Shown here piece by piece: positions 21,817 to 33,728 of a DNA stretch of 64,000 nt (the first letter of the stretch is position 1; each line of letters starts with the position of its first letter). The stretch is taken from NCBI GenBank assembly GCA_963815195.1, contig CAWFGE010000013.1:320001-384000 (forward strand), read 5' to 3'. The position numbers and the translations under genes are program-made. The notes beneath the pieces were generated by a model. It saw only the letters and a program-made list of their open reading frames with translations, did not search any database and had not been told where the DNA came from. This stretch comes from an uncultured Planctomycetaceae bacterium (GTDB lineage: Bacteria > Planctomycetota > Planctomycetia > Planctomycetales > Planctomycetaceae).

Positions 21817-21880
21817 CCCAAGCCGACGACTTGTCGTCGGATCTCGTCAGATTCGACCGACGACAAGTCGTCGGCTTGGG
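21817..21880. repeat. Family A REP doublet (CCCAAGCCGACGACTTGTCGTCGG and inverted copy)
   Basis: Two perfect inverted 24-mers, 16-nt spacer, between argC and argJ. Confidence 0.92.
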
Positions 21881-21903
21881 TAGAAATCAATGATAGACAC
21901 GTT

Positions 21904-22914
21904 TCACATCAAAGCCGTCGTTTCCGGCAGGCCGAGCATCAGGTTGAAATTCTGCACCGCCACGCCCGCCGCGCCTTTGATGAGATTATCCGTCGCCGAG
22001 AACACAATCAACTGCCCCCGCGAGAACCTGAGGCCGATGTCGCAGAAATTCGTGTGGGCCACGTGCTTCGTCGCCGGGATGTGATCGACCACGCGGATGA
22101 ACGGCTTGTCCTGATAAAACTCGCGGTAAAGTTCGAGCAGCTCCGCTTCCGTTGCTTCGCGTTTGAGCCGGGGATACATCGTGCACAAAATGCCCCGGTC
22201 CATTGGGATCAAATGCGGCGTAAAGATCACGTGCACTTCTTTGCCGCTGGCTTGGGAGAGGACCTGCTCGATCTCCGGCGTGTGCCGGTGGTTGCCGACG
22301 CTGTAGGCGGTCAGGCTTTCGTTGCATTCGGGAAACAGCGTGGTGAGTTTGGGTTTCCGCCCGGCTCCGCTGACGCCGCTCTTGGCGTCGATGATAATGC
22401 CCGCCGGTTCGATCCAATCTTCGCACAACAGCGGCGCGAGTCCCAAAATTGACGTGCTGGTATAACAGCCGGGGTTGGCGACGAGGTCGGATTGGGGAAT
22501 GCGGTCGGCGAACAACTCCGGCAGCCCGTAAACCGTGCTGCCCAGCCGGGTGGGATCGGTGTGGACGAGGCCGTACCATTCCTCGTAAACGCCGGGATCG
22601 CTCAAGCGGTAGTCGGCGGAAAGATCGATCACCTTCGCCCCGCCCGCCAAGAGTTCGGGAATCGCTTCCATGCTCGCCCCGTGAGGCAGACAGCAAAACA
22701 CAAACTTCGCGCGGGCCGCGGTCTCGGCGGGGCTGAGATTCTCCAACCGCAAATCCAACAGCCCCGTCAACTGCGGATGCACTTCGCGAACGTGGGGCGA
22801 ATCCTCCTGGCGCGTGGTGAGGGCGGTGACCCGGGCCCCCGGATGCCGGACCAGAATTTTCAACAGTTCCAGCGCGGTGTAACCCGTCGCTCCCAAAATC
22901 GCAACGTCAGGCAT
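21904..22914 (-). CDS. argC: N-acetyl-gamma-glutamyl-phosphate reductase
   Basis: [28 protein letters not shown] and DNLIKGAAG motifs. Confidence 0.96.
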   Translation of the reverse strand: MPDVAILGATGYTALELLKILVRHPGARVTALTTRQEDSPHVREVHPQLTGLLDLRLENLSPAETAARAKFVFCCLPHGASMEAIPELLAGGAKVIDLSADYRLSDPGVYEEWYGLVHTDPTRLGSTVYGLPELFADRIPQSDLVANPGCYTSTSILGLAPLLCEDWIEPAGIIIDAKSGVSGAGRKPKLTTLFPECNESLTAYSVGNHRHTPEIEQVLSQASGKEVHVIFTPHLIPMDRGILCTMYPRLKREATEAELLELYREFYQDKPFIRVVDHIPATKHVAHTNFCDIGLRFSRGQLIVFSATDNLIKGAAGVAVQNFNLMLGLPETTALM

Positions 22915-23348
22915 GGTTTTTAAGAAATCCCAATGACCAGGCACCAATGACCAACTCAAAGTGCAAACGGTTGGGTGGCTGGGGCGCAAATCCCCCTTTG
23001 AATCAGGCTTAGGTTGCAAATACTGGGGCTATGGACGAGCTAGAAAAAAATCACATGGCCCCAGACCTCTGAACCCTGTTGTCCTCGGGATTTTCTTTTG
23101 CGCCCCAGCCACCCTTCAGCTTCCATTTGCAGTCTGAGCAACCAACAAGACCGACGCCATTTTCGTGCGCGGGTTCGCGGATCGCAAGCGGCAATCGGAA
23201 CATTTGGGTTTGGCGCTTTTCAAAGCGGACCGAAAAGGTCAGAATACCATTCTCCACCATAGCCCTATTCGCCCATTTCCTTTCGATTTGGGATGATTGT
23301 CTCACGGTCTCAAAACTGACACACACCATTTGAACGAGGACTTCTCTC

Positions 23349-24581
23349 ATGGCCGGCATTGCTCAATTGGCTTCCAGCGCGCTCACCGAAGGCGGCGGGA
23401 TTTTTCGTTTGGCCCCGACTTGGGTTCCCCGCTCGTTTCTGCAACCGGGCCGGCGTTTGAAACTGCACCCCGCCGACTATTACGCCCTGGGCATGCATCG
23501 CGGCGGGATCGATGAACGCTGGTTCGGTTCCACCACCGCCGCCGCCAACGAAGGCGCGCCGCCCGATGAAGGTTTGAGCTACTGCGTCTTCGGCGGTCAA
23601 AAATTCACGCTGCGAGACGCCGTCGCCGAGCTCAAGTCCGAGGTCATCGGCGACCCCATCTGGAACACCTACCAGCGCTGGCCGGTGTATTCCAAGTTCT
23701 TCGACAACATGGGCCCGATCCCGCACCACATGCACCAAAACGCCGAGCAGGCGAAGCTCGTCGGCCAGGAAGGCAAACCGGAGTCGTATTACTTCCCGCC
23801 GCAGATGAACGCCATCGGCAATAACTTTCCCTACACGTTCTTGGGCCTGGAGCCGGGCACGACGAAGCAGGACGTGATCGACTGCCTGGCCCGCTGGAAC
23901 GACGGCGACAACGGCATTTTGGATCTCTCCAAAGCCTACCGCCTGAAACCGGGCACCGGCTGGCTCGATGCCGCCTTGCGTGCTGCACGCCCCGGGCAGC
24001 CTGGTGACGTATGAGCCGCAATGGGGCAGCGACGTGTTCGGCATGTATCAGTCGATGGTCGAAGGCCGCGCCGTGCCGCGGTCGCTGCTGACGAAGGACT
24101 TCCCCGAAGGACAAGCACGACAATCTGGAATACCTCGTCGATGCCCTCGACTGGGAAGGCAACGTGAACCCCAGCTTCAAGGACAGCCATTACCTGGAGC
24201 CGATCCCCGTTCAGCGATACCGCGTCCGAAGGCTGGGTGGACCGCTGGATCGTGTACGGCAAAGTGGCGGGGCAGCAGCTCTTCACCGCGAAGGAACTGA
24301 CCGTGAACCCCGGCGCAAAGTGCACGATCAAAGACGGCGGAGCCTACGGCTGGATCACCGTGCAAGGCGAAGGCAAGATCGGCAACCTCAAGCTGCAAAC
24401 GCCGGCGATGATCCGCTTCGGCGAGATGACCGAAGACGAAGTCTTCGTCACCGCCAAAGCCGCCGCCCAAGGTGTGACCGTCGAAAACACCGGCACCGAA
24501 CCCTTGGTCAGCCTCCGCTACTTCGGCCCGGACGCGCAACCGGGCGCGCCGAATGTGGGCGACCACAAGAAGTCAAAATGA
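23349..24581 (+). CDS. Cupin-fold, phosphomannose-isomerase-like protein; frameshifts near 23968, 24112 and 24212
   Basis: IDERWF, PHHMHQ, GKPESYY and PPCVLHAPGSLVTYEPQ pieces lie in consecutive frames. Confidence 0.65.
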
Positions 24582-24597
24582 CTCACGAGAGAGATAA

Positions 24598-24661
24598 CCC
24601 AAGCCGACGACTTGTCGTCGGTTTAATCTTCAACGCTCCGACGACAAGTCGTCGGCTTGGG
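24598..24661. repeat. Family A REP doublet left of RAYT
   Basis: Inverted CCCAAGCCGACGACTTGTCGTCGG pair, 16-nt spacer. Confidence 0.92.
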
Positions 24662-24672
24662 AGATTGAAGTC

Positions 24673-25197
24673 ATGGCAAAGTGGTGGCTGGTAACCTGGA
24701 CGACTTATGCCACATGGCTTCCCGGTGACCCCCGCGGTTTTCAAACCTGGAGGAATCGTGAATACGTTCCACCTCCGAAGCGTTATGCTCACGCAGACGA
24801 ACCTGTTTATGAGGCCGCAACTTATCAAGAAAGGCACGAACAGGCTGCCGAAAAATCGGATCCTCCGATCATTTTTACATTGGAACAGCAGCAAGTTGTC
24901 TTGGAGGCTTTGGTTAGCGAGATCGCAGAATTGTCGCTGCAATCATCCGTCCTATCTGTCGGCCCCACCCACGTCCATTGGCTCGCACGATTTGGAGAAC
25001 TTTTGATTCGTCCAACTGTGGGCCGTATCAAGGCCGCGGCGACGACCGCATTGCGAGCGAATGGCTTTCTCGGAAAACGGCCATGGACGAAAGGATGTCA
25101 CATGAAATCGAAAACCACGGACGAGGAATTCTCAAATGCCCGAGAATACATCAAATGGCATGTGGACGAGGGCTGTTTAGTTTACGATTGGGATTAA
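24673..25197 (+). mobile_element. REP-associated HUH/Y1 tyrosine transposase (RAYT-like)
   Basis: LVTWTTYATWLPGDPRG, HVH (HUH), PW and EYI motifs; family A palindromes on both sides; AT-richer than neighbours. Confidence 0.82.
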
Positions 25198-25258
25198 ACC
25201 ACCACTTGTCACCGGTTCAAGTTGTGGATTGATTCCGACGACAAGTCGTCGGCTTGGG
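25198..25258. repeat. Family A REP (intact 25235-25258) with degenerate partner arm
   Basis: CCGACGACAAGTCGTCGGCTTGGG preceded by decayed ACCACCACTTGTCACCGG. Confidence 0.8.
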
Positions 25259-25288
25259 GAAAATAAACAAAGTTTTTGGAGACAATCA

Positions 25289-26345
<1,057 letters not shown>

Positions 26346-26363
26346 ATAAGATTCACCCAACTC

Positions 26364-26412
26364 CCCAAGCCGACGACTTGTCGTCGGTCCGACGGCAAGC
26401 CGTCGGCTTGGG
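26364..26412. repeat. Family A REP doublet, almost no spacer
   Basis: CCCAAGCCGACGACTTGTCGTCGG-T-CCGACGGCAAGCCGTCGGCTTGGG; the second arm has compensatory stem changes. Confidence 0.9.
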
Positions 26413-26475
26413 TTCTGTTTTGATACACCATCTTGTGTTTCACCCCGCGAACTGGCAACAAGGAGTTTTCGATCC

Positions 26476-27618
26476 ATGTCAAACGCAAAACCCCTCAATA
26501 TCGGCCTCATCGGTTATGGCTTTATGGGCCGGACGCATACGAATGCGTATCGGCAGGCGCCCAAGTTTTTTGATTTGGAATACGAACCCGTCCTCAAGGC
26601 GTGTTGTGCGCGGAATGAGGACAAGATCAAAGACTTCGCGGACAATTGGGGGTATGAATCCTACGAGACGGATTGGAAGAAGCTCATCGCGCGGGATGAT
26701 ATTGATGCCGTCGATATCTGCACGCCGAACAATCTGCACAAGGAAATCGCGCTCGCCGCCGCCAAGGCCGGCAAGATGATTCTCTGCGAAAAGCCGCTGG
26801 CGATGAACACGGCCGAGGGCGAGGAGATGTGTAAAGCCGTGGAAGAGGCGGGGGTGGCGAACATCGTGTGGTACAACTACCGCCGGGTGCCCGCGGTGAC
26901 GTTGGCGAAGCAACTGATCGATGAAGGCCGGCTGGGGCGGATTTTCCATTACCGGGCGGTGTTTTTGCAGGACTGGACGATCTCGGCCGATGTCCCGCAG
27001 GGCGGAGCGGCCACCTGGCGGTTGGACGTGAACGCCGCGGGCAGCGGGGTGACCGGGGACCTGTTGGCCCATTGCATCGACACGGCGATCTGGCTCAACG
27101 GCGGGATTTCCACCGTCAACGCGATGACGGAAACCTTCGTCAAAGAGCGCGTCCACGCCGAGACGGGCCAGAAGCAGAAAGTCGGCATCGACGACGCCTG
27201 CGCCTTCCTGGCGAAGTTCAAAAACGGTTCACTGGCGACGTTCGAATCGACCCGCTACGCCCGCGGGCACAAGGCGCTTTATACGTTCGAAATCAACGGC
27301 GAAAATGCTTCGATTGCCTGGGATTTGCACGATTTGCACCGCTTGAGCTATTTCGATCACCGGGACGATTCCCTCGTCCGCGGCTGGCGGAGCGTGCACG
27401 TCACCGATACCGACATGCCTTACATGGGCCACTGGTGGGTGCCGGGCCTGCAGATCGGCTATGAACACACCTTCATCCATCAAGTGGCCGACTTCTGCGA
27501 AGGCCTCGCCACCGGAAAGCCCGCCGGCCCCACGTTCCGCGACGCCCTGGAAACCCAAAAAATCTGCGACGGCGTGCTCCAAAGTGCGAAAGACGGAAAG
27601 TGGGTCGAGATCGCCTGA
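26476..27618 (+). CDS. Gfo/Idh/MocA family oxidoreductase
   Basis: GYGFMG, CTPNNLH, CEKPLA and GDLLAH motifs; AAGGAG RBS. Confidence 0.93.
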   Translation: MSNAKPLNIGLIGYGFMGRTHTNAYRQAPKFFDLEYEPVLKACCARNEDKIKDFADNWGYESYETDWKKLIARDDIDAVDICTPNNLHKEIALAAAKAGKMILCEKPLAMNTAEGEEMCKAVEEAGVANIVWYNYRRVPAVTLAKQLIDEGRLGRIFHYRAVFLQDWTISADVPQGGAATWRLDVNAAGSGVTGDLLAHCIDTAIWLNGGISTVNAMTETFVKERVHAETGQKQKVGIDDACAFLAKFKNGSLATFESTRYARGHKALYTFEINGENASIAWDLHDLHRLSYFDHRDDSLVRGWRSVHVTDTDMPYMGHWWVPGLQIGYEHTFIHQVADFCEGLATGKPAGPTFRDALETQKICDGVLQSAKDGKWVEIA

Positions 27619-27636
27619 TCGCTTGGCAGAAGATAG

Positions 27637-27724
27637 GGAGAAGGGGAGATCGGGAGAGGGGGAGAAGCAGATTTCTGCATTTTCTCCCCCTCTCCCGATC
27701 TCCTTGTCTCCCCCTCTTGTCTCC
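27637..27724. repeat. Purine/pyrimidine-rich inverted repeat, possible terminator
   Basis: GGAGATCGGGAGAGGGGGAGAA ... TTCTCCCCCTCTCCCGATCTCC just after the oxidoreductase stop. Confidence 0.65.
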
Positions 27725-27931
27725 ACGCGGGTCGAGGGGCCTTTTCACTTTTTGCCGCTGACTCCTTGAAGAATAGCCCATCTAGCCGCTAGGATTGAGT
27801 GTATTGCGGACAACATTTCCGATGGTCGAATGCTTCCCGGCGGGAGCATCGGCCATCGCCTTTTTGTTGGCCGCCTTTTTTCGTGTTTGGAACGAAACGA
27901 ATTTTTCACCTCCTTCACACAGGAGACCGCG

Positions 27932-28414
27932 ATGGATCGGCAACCGATTTCCCGCAAGGGTTACGACAAGATCAAAGCCGAGATCGACAAGCTGGAAGAC
28001 GAGTTGACCAAGGTGGCCGAGCAGATCAAACTGGCCCGCGAGGAAGGCGACCTCAGCGAAAACGCCGAGTACCACGGCCAACGCGAGACGCAGGGCATGC
28101 TCCAGGCCAAGGTCAACCAGCTCAAATCCAAGCTGGCCGACTGTTATATTGTGGATGCGTCCACGATGCCCAAGGACGTGGTGAACTTCGGCTCCATCGT
28201 CACCGTGAAAGACGTCTCGGACGGACTGGAAGAGCAATACATGCTCGTCGGTCCCGGCGAAGAGGACTACAACAGCGAACCCATGAAAATCCTCACCAAC
28301 AGCCCGATCGCCCAAGGCCTGTTGGGCAAAAAAGTCGGCGACCAGACCGAAGTCGAAATCCCCGCCGGCAAAGTCACGTTTGAAATCGTGGCGATTGAGT
28401 TCGAAAACGAGTAA
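27932..28414 (+). CDS. greA: Transcription elongation factor GreA
   Basis: [13 protein letters not shown] and [10 protein letters not shown] motifs; AGGAG RBS. Confidence 0.95.
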   Translation: MDRQPISRKGYDKIKAEIDKLEDELTKVAEQIKLAREEGDLSENAEYHGQRETQGMLQAKVNQLKSKLADCYIVDASTMPKDVVNFGSIVTVKDVSDGLEEQYMLVGPGEEDYNSEPMKILTNSPIAQGLLGKKVGDQTEVEIPAGKVTFEIVAIEFENE

Positions 28415-28516
28415 GGGCACCGCGAAACACGAAGGAAGAGAGAGAGTCTTTCGCGGATTCAAGCAGTCGTGGTCACGGGCCTGTCCCCATTTTTATCAAG
28501 CCAGGAGTAATGCATC

Positions 28517-29767
28517 GTGCGATTGATGTTCGATTTTTCGTTGGCTTTATTGTTATTCGCATCGACTCTTCACGCCGAGAACTGGCCGCAGTTTCGGGGG
28601 CCGGATGGGCAGGGGCATTCCTCGGCCGCGAATCTGCCGACCGAATGGAGCAATACCAAAAACGCCCTGTGGCAGACGCCGATTCCCGGCGAGGGCTGGT
28701 CGTCGCCGGTGGTCTGGGGCGATCGGATTTTCCTGACGACGGCGGTGCCTTCGGAAGAGGTCAAGAACCAATACTCGCTCAGGACGTTGTGCCTCGCAGG
28801 AGATACGGGAAAGGTTCTGTGGAATGTGGAAGTCTTCCAGGAGTCGCCGAAGTCGTCGCAGCGGATCCACAACAAAAACAGCCACGCCAGCCCCACGCCC
28901 GTCACCGACGGCAAACACCTGTTCGTCCATTTCGGAGCCCACGGCACGGCTTGTTTGACTTTTGACGGCAAGATCGTCTGGCGAAATGGCGAACTCGCGT
29001 ATCCCATGAACCACGGCACCGGCGGCTCGCCCGTGTTGGTGGACGGCCTTTTATTTTTCAGCTGCGACGGTTCGAAGAATCCCTTCGTGGTCGCGCTCGA
29101 TCAGGCCACCGGCAAAGTTCGCTGGAAGAAAGACCGGCCCAAGGTCACCAATTCCAAAACGTTCTCGTTCAGCACGCCCTTGGTCATCGAAGTGGACGGC
29201 GAGCAGCAAATTGTCAGCCCCGCCACCAATCAGGTCGTGGCCTACCGGCCGAAAGACGGCAAGGTTATCTGGTCGGCGGGATATGACGGGTACTCCGTGA
29301 TCCCGCGGCCGGTGTATGCCGAGGGCCTGGTGTTTCTTTCCACGAGTTACAACAATGCCGTCGCGATGGCGATTTCTCCGGAAGGCGAAGGCGACGTGAC
29401 CTCGACCAATGTCGCCTGGGAAAACAAGCGGGCCGCCCCGCATACGCCGTCGATGCTCGTCGTCGGCAAGGAAATCTACATGGTCAGCGACCGGGGCATC
29501 GCGACCTGTGCGGACGCCCAATCCGGCAAGGTGCACTGGCAAGAGCGGTTGGGCGGGAATTTCTCGGCCTCCCCTCTTTACGGCGACGGGAAAATCTATT
29601 TCCAAAGTGAGGAGGGCGTGGGGATTGTGATCAAGCCCGGGACGACGTACGAGGAACTGGCCCGCAATCCGATGAGCGCGCGCACGCTGGCGTCCTCTGG
29701 GGTGATCGATTCCGACCTCTTAATCCGCACCGATGCCGCGCTGTTTCGGATTCATCAGCCGCAATGA
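28517..29767 (+). CDS. Secreted PQQ-like beta-propeller repeat protein
   Basis: Signal peptide, ENWPQFRGP, WSSPVVWGDRIF and repeated GKVxW. The start is uncertain (RBS plus ATG at 28510 is in another frame). Confidence 0.88.
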   Translation: MRLMFDFSLALLLFASTLHAENWPQFRGPDGQGHSSAANLPTEWSNTKNALWQTPIPGEGWSSPVVWGDRIFLTTAVPSEEVKNQYSLRTLCLAGDTGKVLWNVEVFQESPKSSQRIHNKNSHASPTPVTDGKHLFVHFGAHGTACLTFDGKIVWRNGELAYPMNHGTGGSPVLVDGLLFFSCDGSKNPFVVALDQATGKVRWKKDRPKVTNSKTFSFSTPLVIEVDGEQQIVSPATNQVVAYRPKDGKVIWSAGYDGYSVIPRPVYAEGLVFLSTSYNNAVAMAISPEGEGDVTSTNVAWENKRAAPHTPSMLVVGKEIYMVSDRGIATCADAQSGKVHWQERLGGNFSASPLYGDGKIYFQSEEGVGIVIKPGTTYEELARNPMSARTLASSGVIDSDLLIRTDAALFRIHQPQ

Positions 29768-29849
29768 ACGACTCGAAATTCATCGGCGACCGGCTAGAAT
29801 AATCATTGGGAGAACGAGGACGGATTTCATTCCCGGGGAAAGGGAGCGT

Positions 29850-32800
29850 GTGAGTCAGCAGACGGATTTGGATTTGCCTGAGGCCGTGGAGGCCGAGACC
29901 CAGCGGATCGGCCGCAAACTTTGGCAGTCGATGGAGCGCCGCTCGGCTTCGATTTTTGAACGGCGGTGGTGGGACGACCGCATCTTGTCCTGGGCCATGT
30001 CGGACGAATCGGTCAAGGTGCAGATGTTTCGCTTCGTCGATGTGCTGCCCATGCTGCACACCCACGAATCCGTCACCCGCCATCTGCAGGAATACTTCGA
30101 GGAAGTCCGCAAGGCTCTGCCTTGGGCGGCCCGATTGGGACTGAACGTCTCGCAGCCGAACACCGTCATGGGCCGATTGGTGGCGGTGAATGCCCGCAAC
30201 AACGCCCGCAACATGGCCCGCCGCTTCATCGCGGGATCGAATGTCGAAGAGGTGTTGCAATCCGTGGCGAAGCTTCGCCGGCAGGGGTTTGCCTTCACGC
30301 TCGATCTCTTGGGCGAAGCCGTGATGAGCGAGCGCGAAGCCACCCTCTACCAGCAGCAGTATCTCGATCTGATCGAAGGCCTCGCCCCGCAGGTCAACGA
30401 ATGGGCCGAGAACATGCAGATCGACTGCGATCAGTTCGGCCCGATTCCCCGCGTCAACGTTTCGCTGAAGCTCTCGGCCCTCTACAGCCAGTTCCGGCCG
30501 ATCGATCCCGCGGGAACGGCGGAAGGCGTGAAATCGCGACTGCGGCCGCTGCTCCGGGCCGCGCGCGAACGCGACGCCTACGTGCATGTGGACATGGAGC
30601 ATTACGCGTATAAAAACCTCACGATCGAGATCTTCAAGCAGGTGTTGATGGAGGAGGAGTTCCGCGATTTTCCCGATGTGGGGATCGTGATTCAAACTTA
30701 TCTTCCCGATGCGGAGGACGACCTGGCGGGGCTGTTGGAATGGGTCCGAAAACGCGGGACGCCGGTGTGGGTCCGGTTGGTCAAGGGGGCGTATTGGGAT
30801 TTTGAAACCGTCCACGCGAAGGCCGAGAGCTGGCCGGTTCCCGTCTATCTGCAGAAGTGGCAGTCGGACGAAAACTTCGAGCGGCAGACGCGGTTCGTGA
30901 TGCAGCATCACGATTGGCTCCGGCCGCAGATCGCCAGCCATAACCTGCGGAGCCTCTGCCACGCCGTCGCCTGGGCGAAGGAACTCGGCATCCCGCCGGC
31001 CGCGTTTGAACTGCAGATGCTCTACGGCATGGGGGCGGAACTCGCCCAACTGCTCGCGGAGATGGGACACCGCGTCCGCATCTACACTCCGTTTGGAGAA
31101 TTGATTCCCGGCATGGCGTATCTCGTCCGCCGGCTTTTGGAGAACACATCGAACGATTCGTTCCTGCGGCAGAGTTTCCGCGAGAACGTGTCCTTGGAGG
31201 ATTTGTTGATGAACCCGACCGCGAAGGGCAAGAAGACCCCGCCGCCCGAAAAAGAGCCCGCCCCGGAGTTCCAGAACGAGCCGCATTCCGACTTCAGCAA
31301 GGCCAAGGTCCGCGAGGCGATGCGGGCGGCGGTTGAGGATGTCGAATCGCAGTTGGGCGAGGAATATTCGCTGGTCATCGGCGGCCGGGCGGTGGACGGC
31401 AAGACCACGATGCTCTCCCGCAATCCCTCCGACAAATTGCAACTCGTGGGGACCGTCGCCTCGGCCAGTGCCGACCAGGCGGTCGAAGCCATCGAAGCGG
31501 CCCGGCGGGCCTTTCCGCGCTGGTCGCGGGAGAAAGTCGATTACCGCTGCGAGTACTTGGAACTCGTCGCCGCGGAGCTTCGGAATCGGCGGTTCGAGAT
31601 CGCCGCGTGGGAAGTTTTCGAGTGCGGCAAGCCCTGGGCGGAAGCCGACGCCGACGTCGCCGAGGCCATCGACTTCTGCATGTATTATGCCCACCAGATG
31701 CGCGAGTTGGCGCGACCTCAGCAACACGACCTGCCCGGCGAGGAGAACACCTACAGCTACCGGGCGCGAGGCGTCGCGGTCGTGATCGCCCCCTGGAATT
31801 TCCCGCTGGCGATTTTGACGGGCATGACCGTGGCCGCCTTGGTGACGGGGAACGCCGTCATTATGAAGCCCGCCGAGCAATCCCCGATCGTGGCGGCGAA
31901 GCTCATGGAAATCTTCCAGAACGCGGGCATTCCCGACGGCGTGGTGAATTTCCTGCCGGGCGTCGGCGAAGAAGTCGGCCCGGAACTCGTGGGCAATCCC
32001 GATGTGGATTTGATCGCGTTTACCGGTTCGCGGACCGTGGGCCTTGGCATCTATCAACAAGCCGCGACCACCGACCCCCGGCAGACTTCGGTCAAACAGG
32101 TCATCGCCGAGATGGGCGGGAAGAACGCGATCATCGTCGATGATGACGCCGACCTCGACGAAGCCGTCGCCGGGGTGGTGGCGAGTGCGTTCAATTATGC
32201 CGGGCAAAAGTGCTCGGCCTGCTCGCGGGTCATCGTGCTGGCCAATGCGCACGATGCGTTCTTGGATCGCTTGATCGAAGCCACGCGGAGCCTGAAAGTC
32301 GGCAACGCGGTCGATCCCGGCACCACCGTTGGCCCGGTGATCGACGAGGAAGCCTACGAACGCATCTTGGAATACATCGAAATCGGCAAGGAAGAAGCCA
32401 CGCTCGCGCTCCCCGCGAGCGGACCAACCTCCGGTCGGTGCCCGCCTCAGCCCCATGATGATTCCCACGTCGGCGAGGCCGGCTACTTCATCCCGCCGCA
32501 CATCTTCACCGACGTCGATCCCCATTCGCGGATCGCCCAGGAGGAAATCTTCGGCCCCGTGCTGGCGGTCATCAAAGCCGACGACTTGGACGAAGCCTTG
32601 GACATCGCCAACGGCACCGATTACGCCCTCACCGGCGGCATCTTCAGCCGCAGCCCCAAACACCTCCAGAAAGCCCGCGAGGAATTCGTCGTGGGGAACC
32701 TGTACCTCAACCGCGGCATCACCGGGGCCTTGGTCGAACGCCAACCGTTCGGCGGCTTCAAAATGTCCGGCATCGGCACCAAAGCCGGCGGACCCGATTA

Positions 32801-32885
32801 CCTTCGGCAGTTTTTGATCCCGGTCAACGTCACCGAAAACACAATGCGCCGAGGCTTCGCCCCGCCGCCGGATGACGAGAAATAG
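29850..32885 (+). CDS. putA: Bifunctional proline dehydrogenase / P5C dehydrogenase
   Basis: FRFVDVLP, VRLVKGAYW, YLVRRLLEN, EMGGKN, GQKCSACS and QPFGG motifs. Confidence 0.96.
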   Translation: MSQQTDLDLPEAVEAETQRIGRKLWQSMERRSASIFERRWWDDRILSWAMSDESVKVQMFRFVDVLPMLHTHESVTRHLQEYFEEVRKALPWAARLGLNVSQPNTVMGRLVAVNARNNARNMARRFIAGSNVEEVLQSVAKLRRQGFAFTLDLLGEAVMSEREATLYQQQYLDLIEGLAPQVNEWAENMQIDCDQFGPIPRVNVSLKLSALYSQFRPIDPAGTAEGVKSRLRPLLRAARERDAYVHVDMEHYAYKNLTIEIFKQVLMEEEFRDFPDVGIVIQTYLPDAEDDLAGLLEWVRKRGTPVWVRLVKGAYWDFETVHAKAESWPVPVYLQKWQSDENFERQTRFVMQHHDWLRPQIASHNLRSLCHAVAWAKELGIPPAAFELQMLYGMGAELAQLLAEMGHRVRIYTPFGELIPGMAYLVRRLLENTSNDSFLRQSFRENVSLEDLLMNPTAKGKKTPPPEKEPAPEFQNEPHSDFSKAKVREAMRAAVEDVESQLGEEYSLVIGGRAVDGKTTMLSRNPSDKLQLVGTVASASADQAVEAIEAARRAFPRWSREKVDYRCEYLELVAAELRNRRFEIAAWEVFECGKPWAEADADVAEAIDFCMYYAHQMRELARPQQHDLPGEENTYSYRARGVAVVIAPWNFPLAILTGMTVAALVTGNAVIMKPAEQSPIVAAKLMEIFQNAGIPDGVVNFLPGVGEEVGPELVGNPDVDLIAFTGSRTVGLGIYQQAATTDPRQTSVKQVIAEMGGKNAIIVDDDADLDEAVAGVVASAFNYAGQKCSACSRVIVLANAHDAFLDRLIEATRSLKVGNAVDPGTTVGPVIDEEAYERILEYIEIGKEEATLALPASGPTSGRCPPQPHDDSHVGEAGYFIPPHIFTDVDPHSRIAQEEIFGPVLAVIKADDLDEALDIANGTDYALTGGIFSRSPKHLQKAREEFVVGNLYLNRGITGALVERQPFGGFKMSGIGTKAGGPDYLRQFLIPVNVTENTMRRGFAPPPDDEK
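32415..32454. repeat. Degenerate family B REP with nested element C inside putA
   Basis: GCGAGCG-GACCAACCTCCGGTCGGTGCCC-GCCTCAGCCCC; 22-nt core identical to the argJ copy. Confidence 0.8.
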
Positions 32886-32911
32886 ATCTTCGCCAAGAGA
32901 AAAACAGCAAA

Positions 32912-32938
32912 GGCGAGCGGAGGGCGTAAGCCCTCCGG
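32912..32938. repeat. Family B REP
   Basis: GGCGAGCGGAGGGCGTAAGCCCTCCGG. Confidence 0.8.
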
Positions 32939-32980
32939 TTTCTTTTGCGACCATTCCGCTGCCGCACTAATCGATTCTCC

Positions 32981-33668
32981 CCTCGTTCCCAAGCTCTGCC
33001 TGGCAACGCGCGAGACGTCGAGCGACTTACATCCAATCGGTGACGACTTCAATTAACCCCGGTTGTCCCGCGTAATTGCGGGCACTTGAGTAGCACCAAT
33101 GAACCGGATCGTCGATGTAGCCGCGATTCACTGGATTGAAATGCACGTACTCAAGCTTCTGCCACATCACATCATCGGTTCGGATCTGCTTGGGTTTCGA
33201 TCCCTCCTGCCAGAACTGGTAAGCGGAGTCCTTCTTGTGTTGCAATTTCAGCCGGGCAAACTGATCCAGCACAGTCCGCGCTCCTTCACTCGCCAGATAG
33301 GCAAGAATGCGCCGTGCAGTGTACGATTTGAAACTCTGCATGGCCCGCGAGAGTTGCGGTGAGCGTGTGATCGGGTGCAGGTGGTTCTCGAGGATCACGT
33401 AGGCCAGCAATTGAAATTCATTGTGTTCCCGCAAGTGTTTCCAGGAGTCAAGGAGAATCTGGACGGTCTGCGGCCGCGTGAACACTGGCAGCCATCCAAC
33501 GACCGTGCAGGTCAAGAAATAGGGGAACTCTTGCTCGTTTTCGAAGATGCGGTATCGCGTGCGCGCCATCGGTCCGTCTCCCGGGAGTTACCGTCGATTG
33601 TACAAAAGGCGCGTTGCGAAGCGGAGTTTCGCGAGAGTGCGTTCCCAAGCTGGAGCTTGGGAACGAGG
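32981..33668 (-). mobile_element. Second RAYT transposase (CDS 33027-33569) bracketed by inverted family D palindromes
   Basis: YFLTCTVVGWLPVF, ENHLH, FWQEG, YVHFNPV and YSSA motifs. Flanks are CCTCGTTCCCAAGCTCTGCCTGGCAACGC (32981) and GCGTTCCCAAGCTGGAGCTTGGGAACGAGG (33639). Confidence 0.9.
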
Positions 33669-33728
33669 GGGAGCCTATCCCGCTGGAGCTTCTATTCTCC
33701 CCTTCGGCGGTTTCGCTATACTTTCGCG

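Noticed and set aside
29631..32954. 1107-aa minus-strand ORF and other long antisense ORFs (1862-3310, 7244-8809, 15212-16804, 36450-38258, 38906-40417)
   Set aside because: These are shadow ORFs opposite well-supported genes, expected in high-GC DNA, with no motifs of their own.
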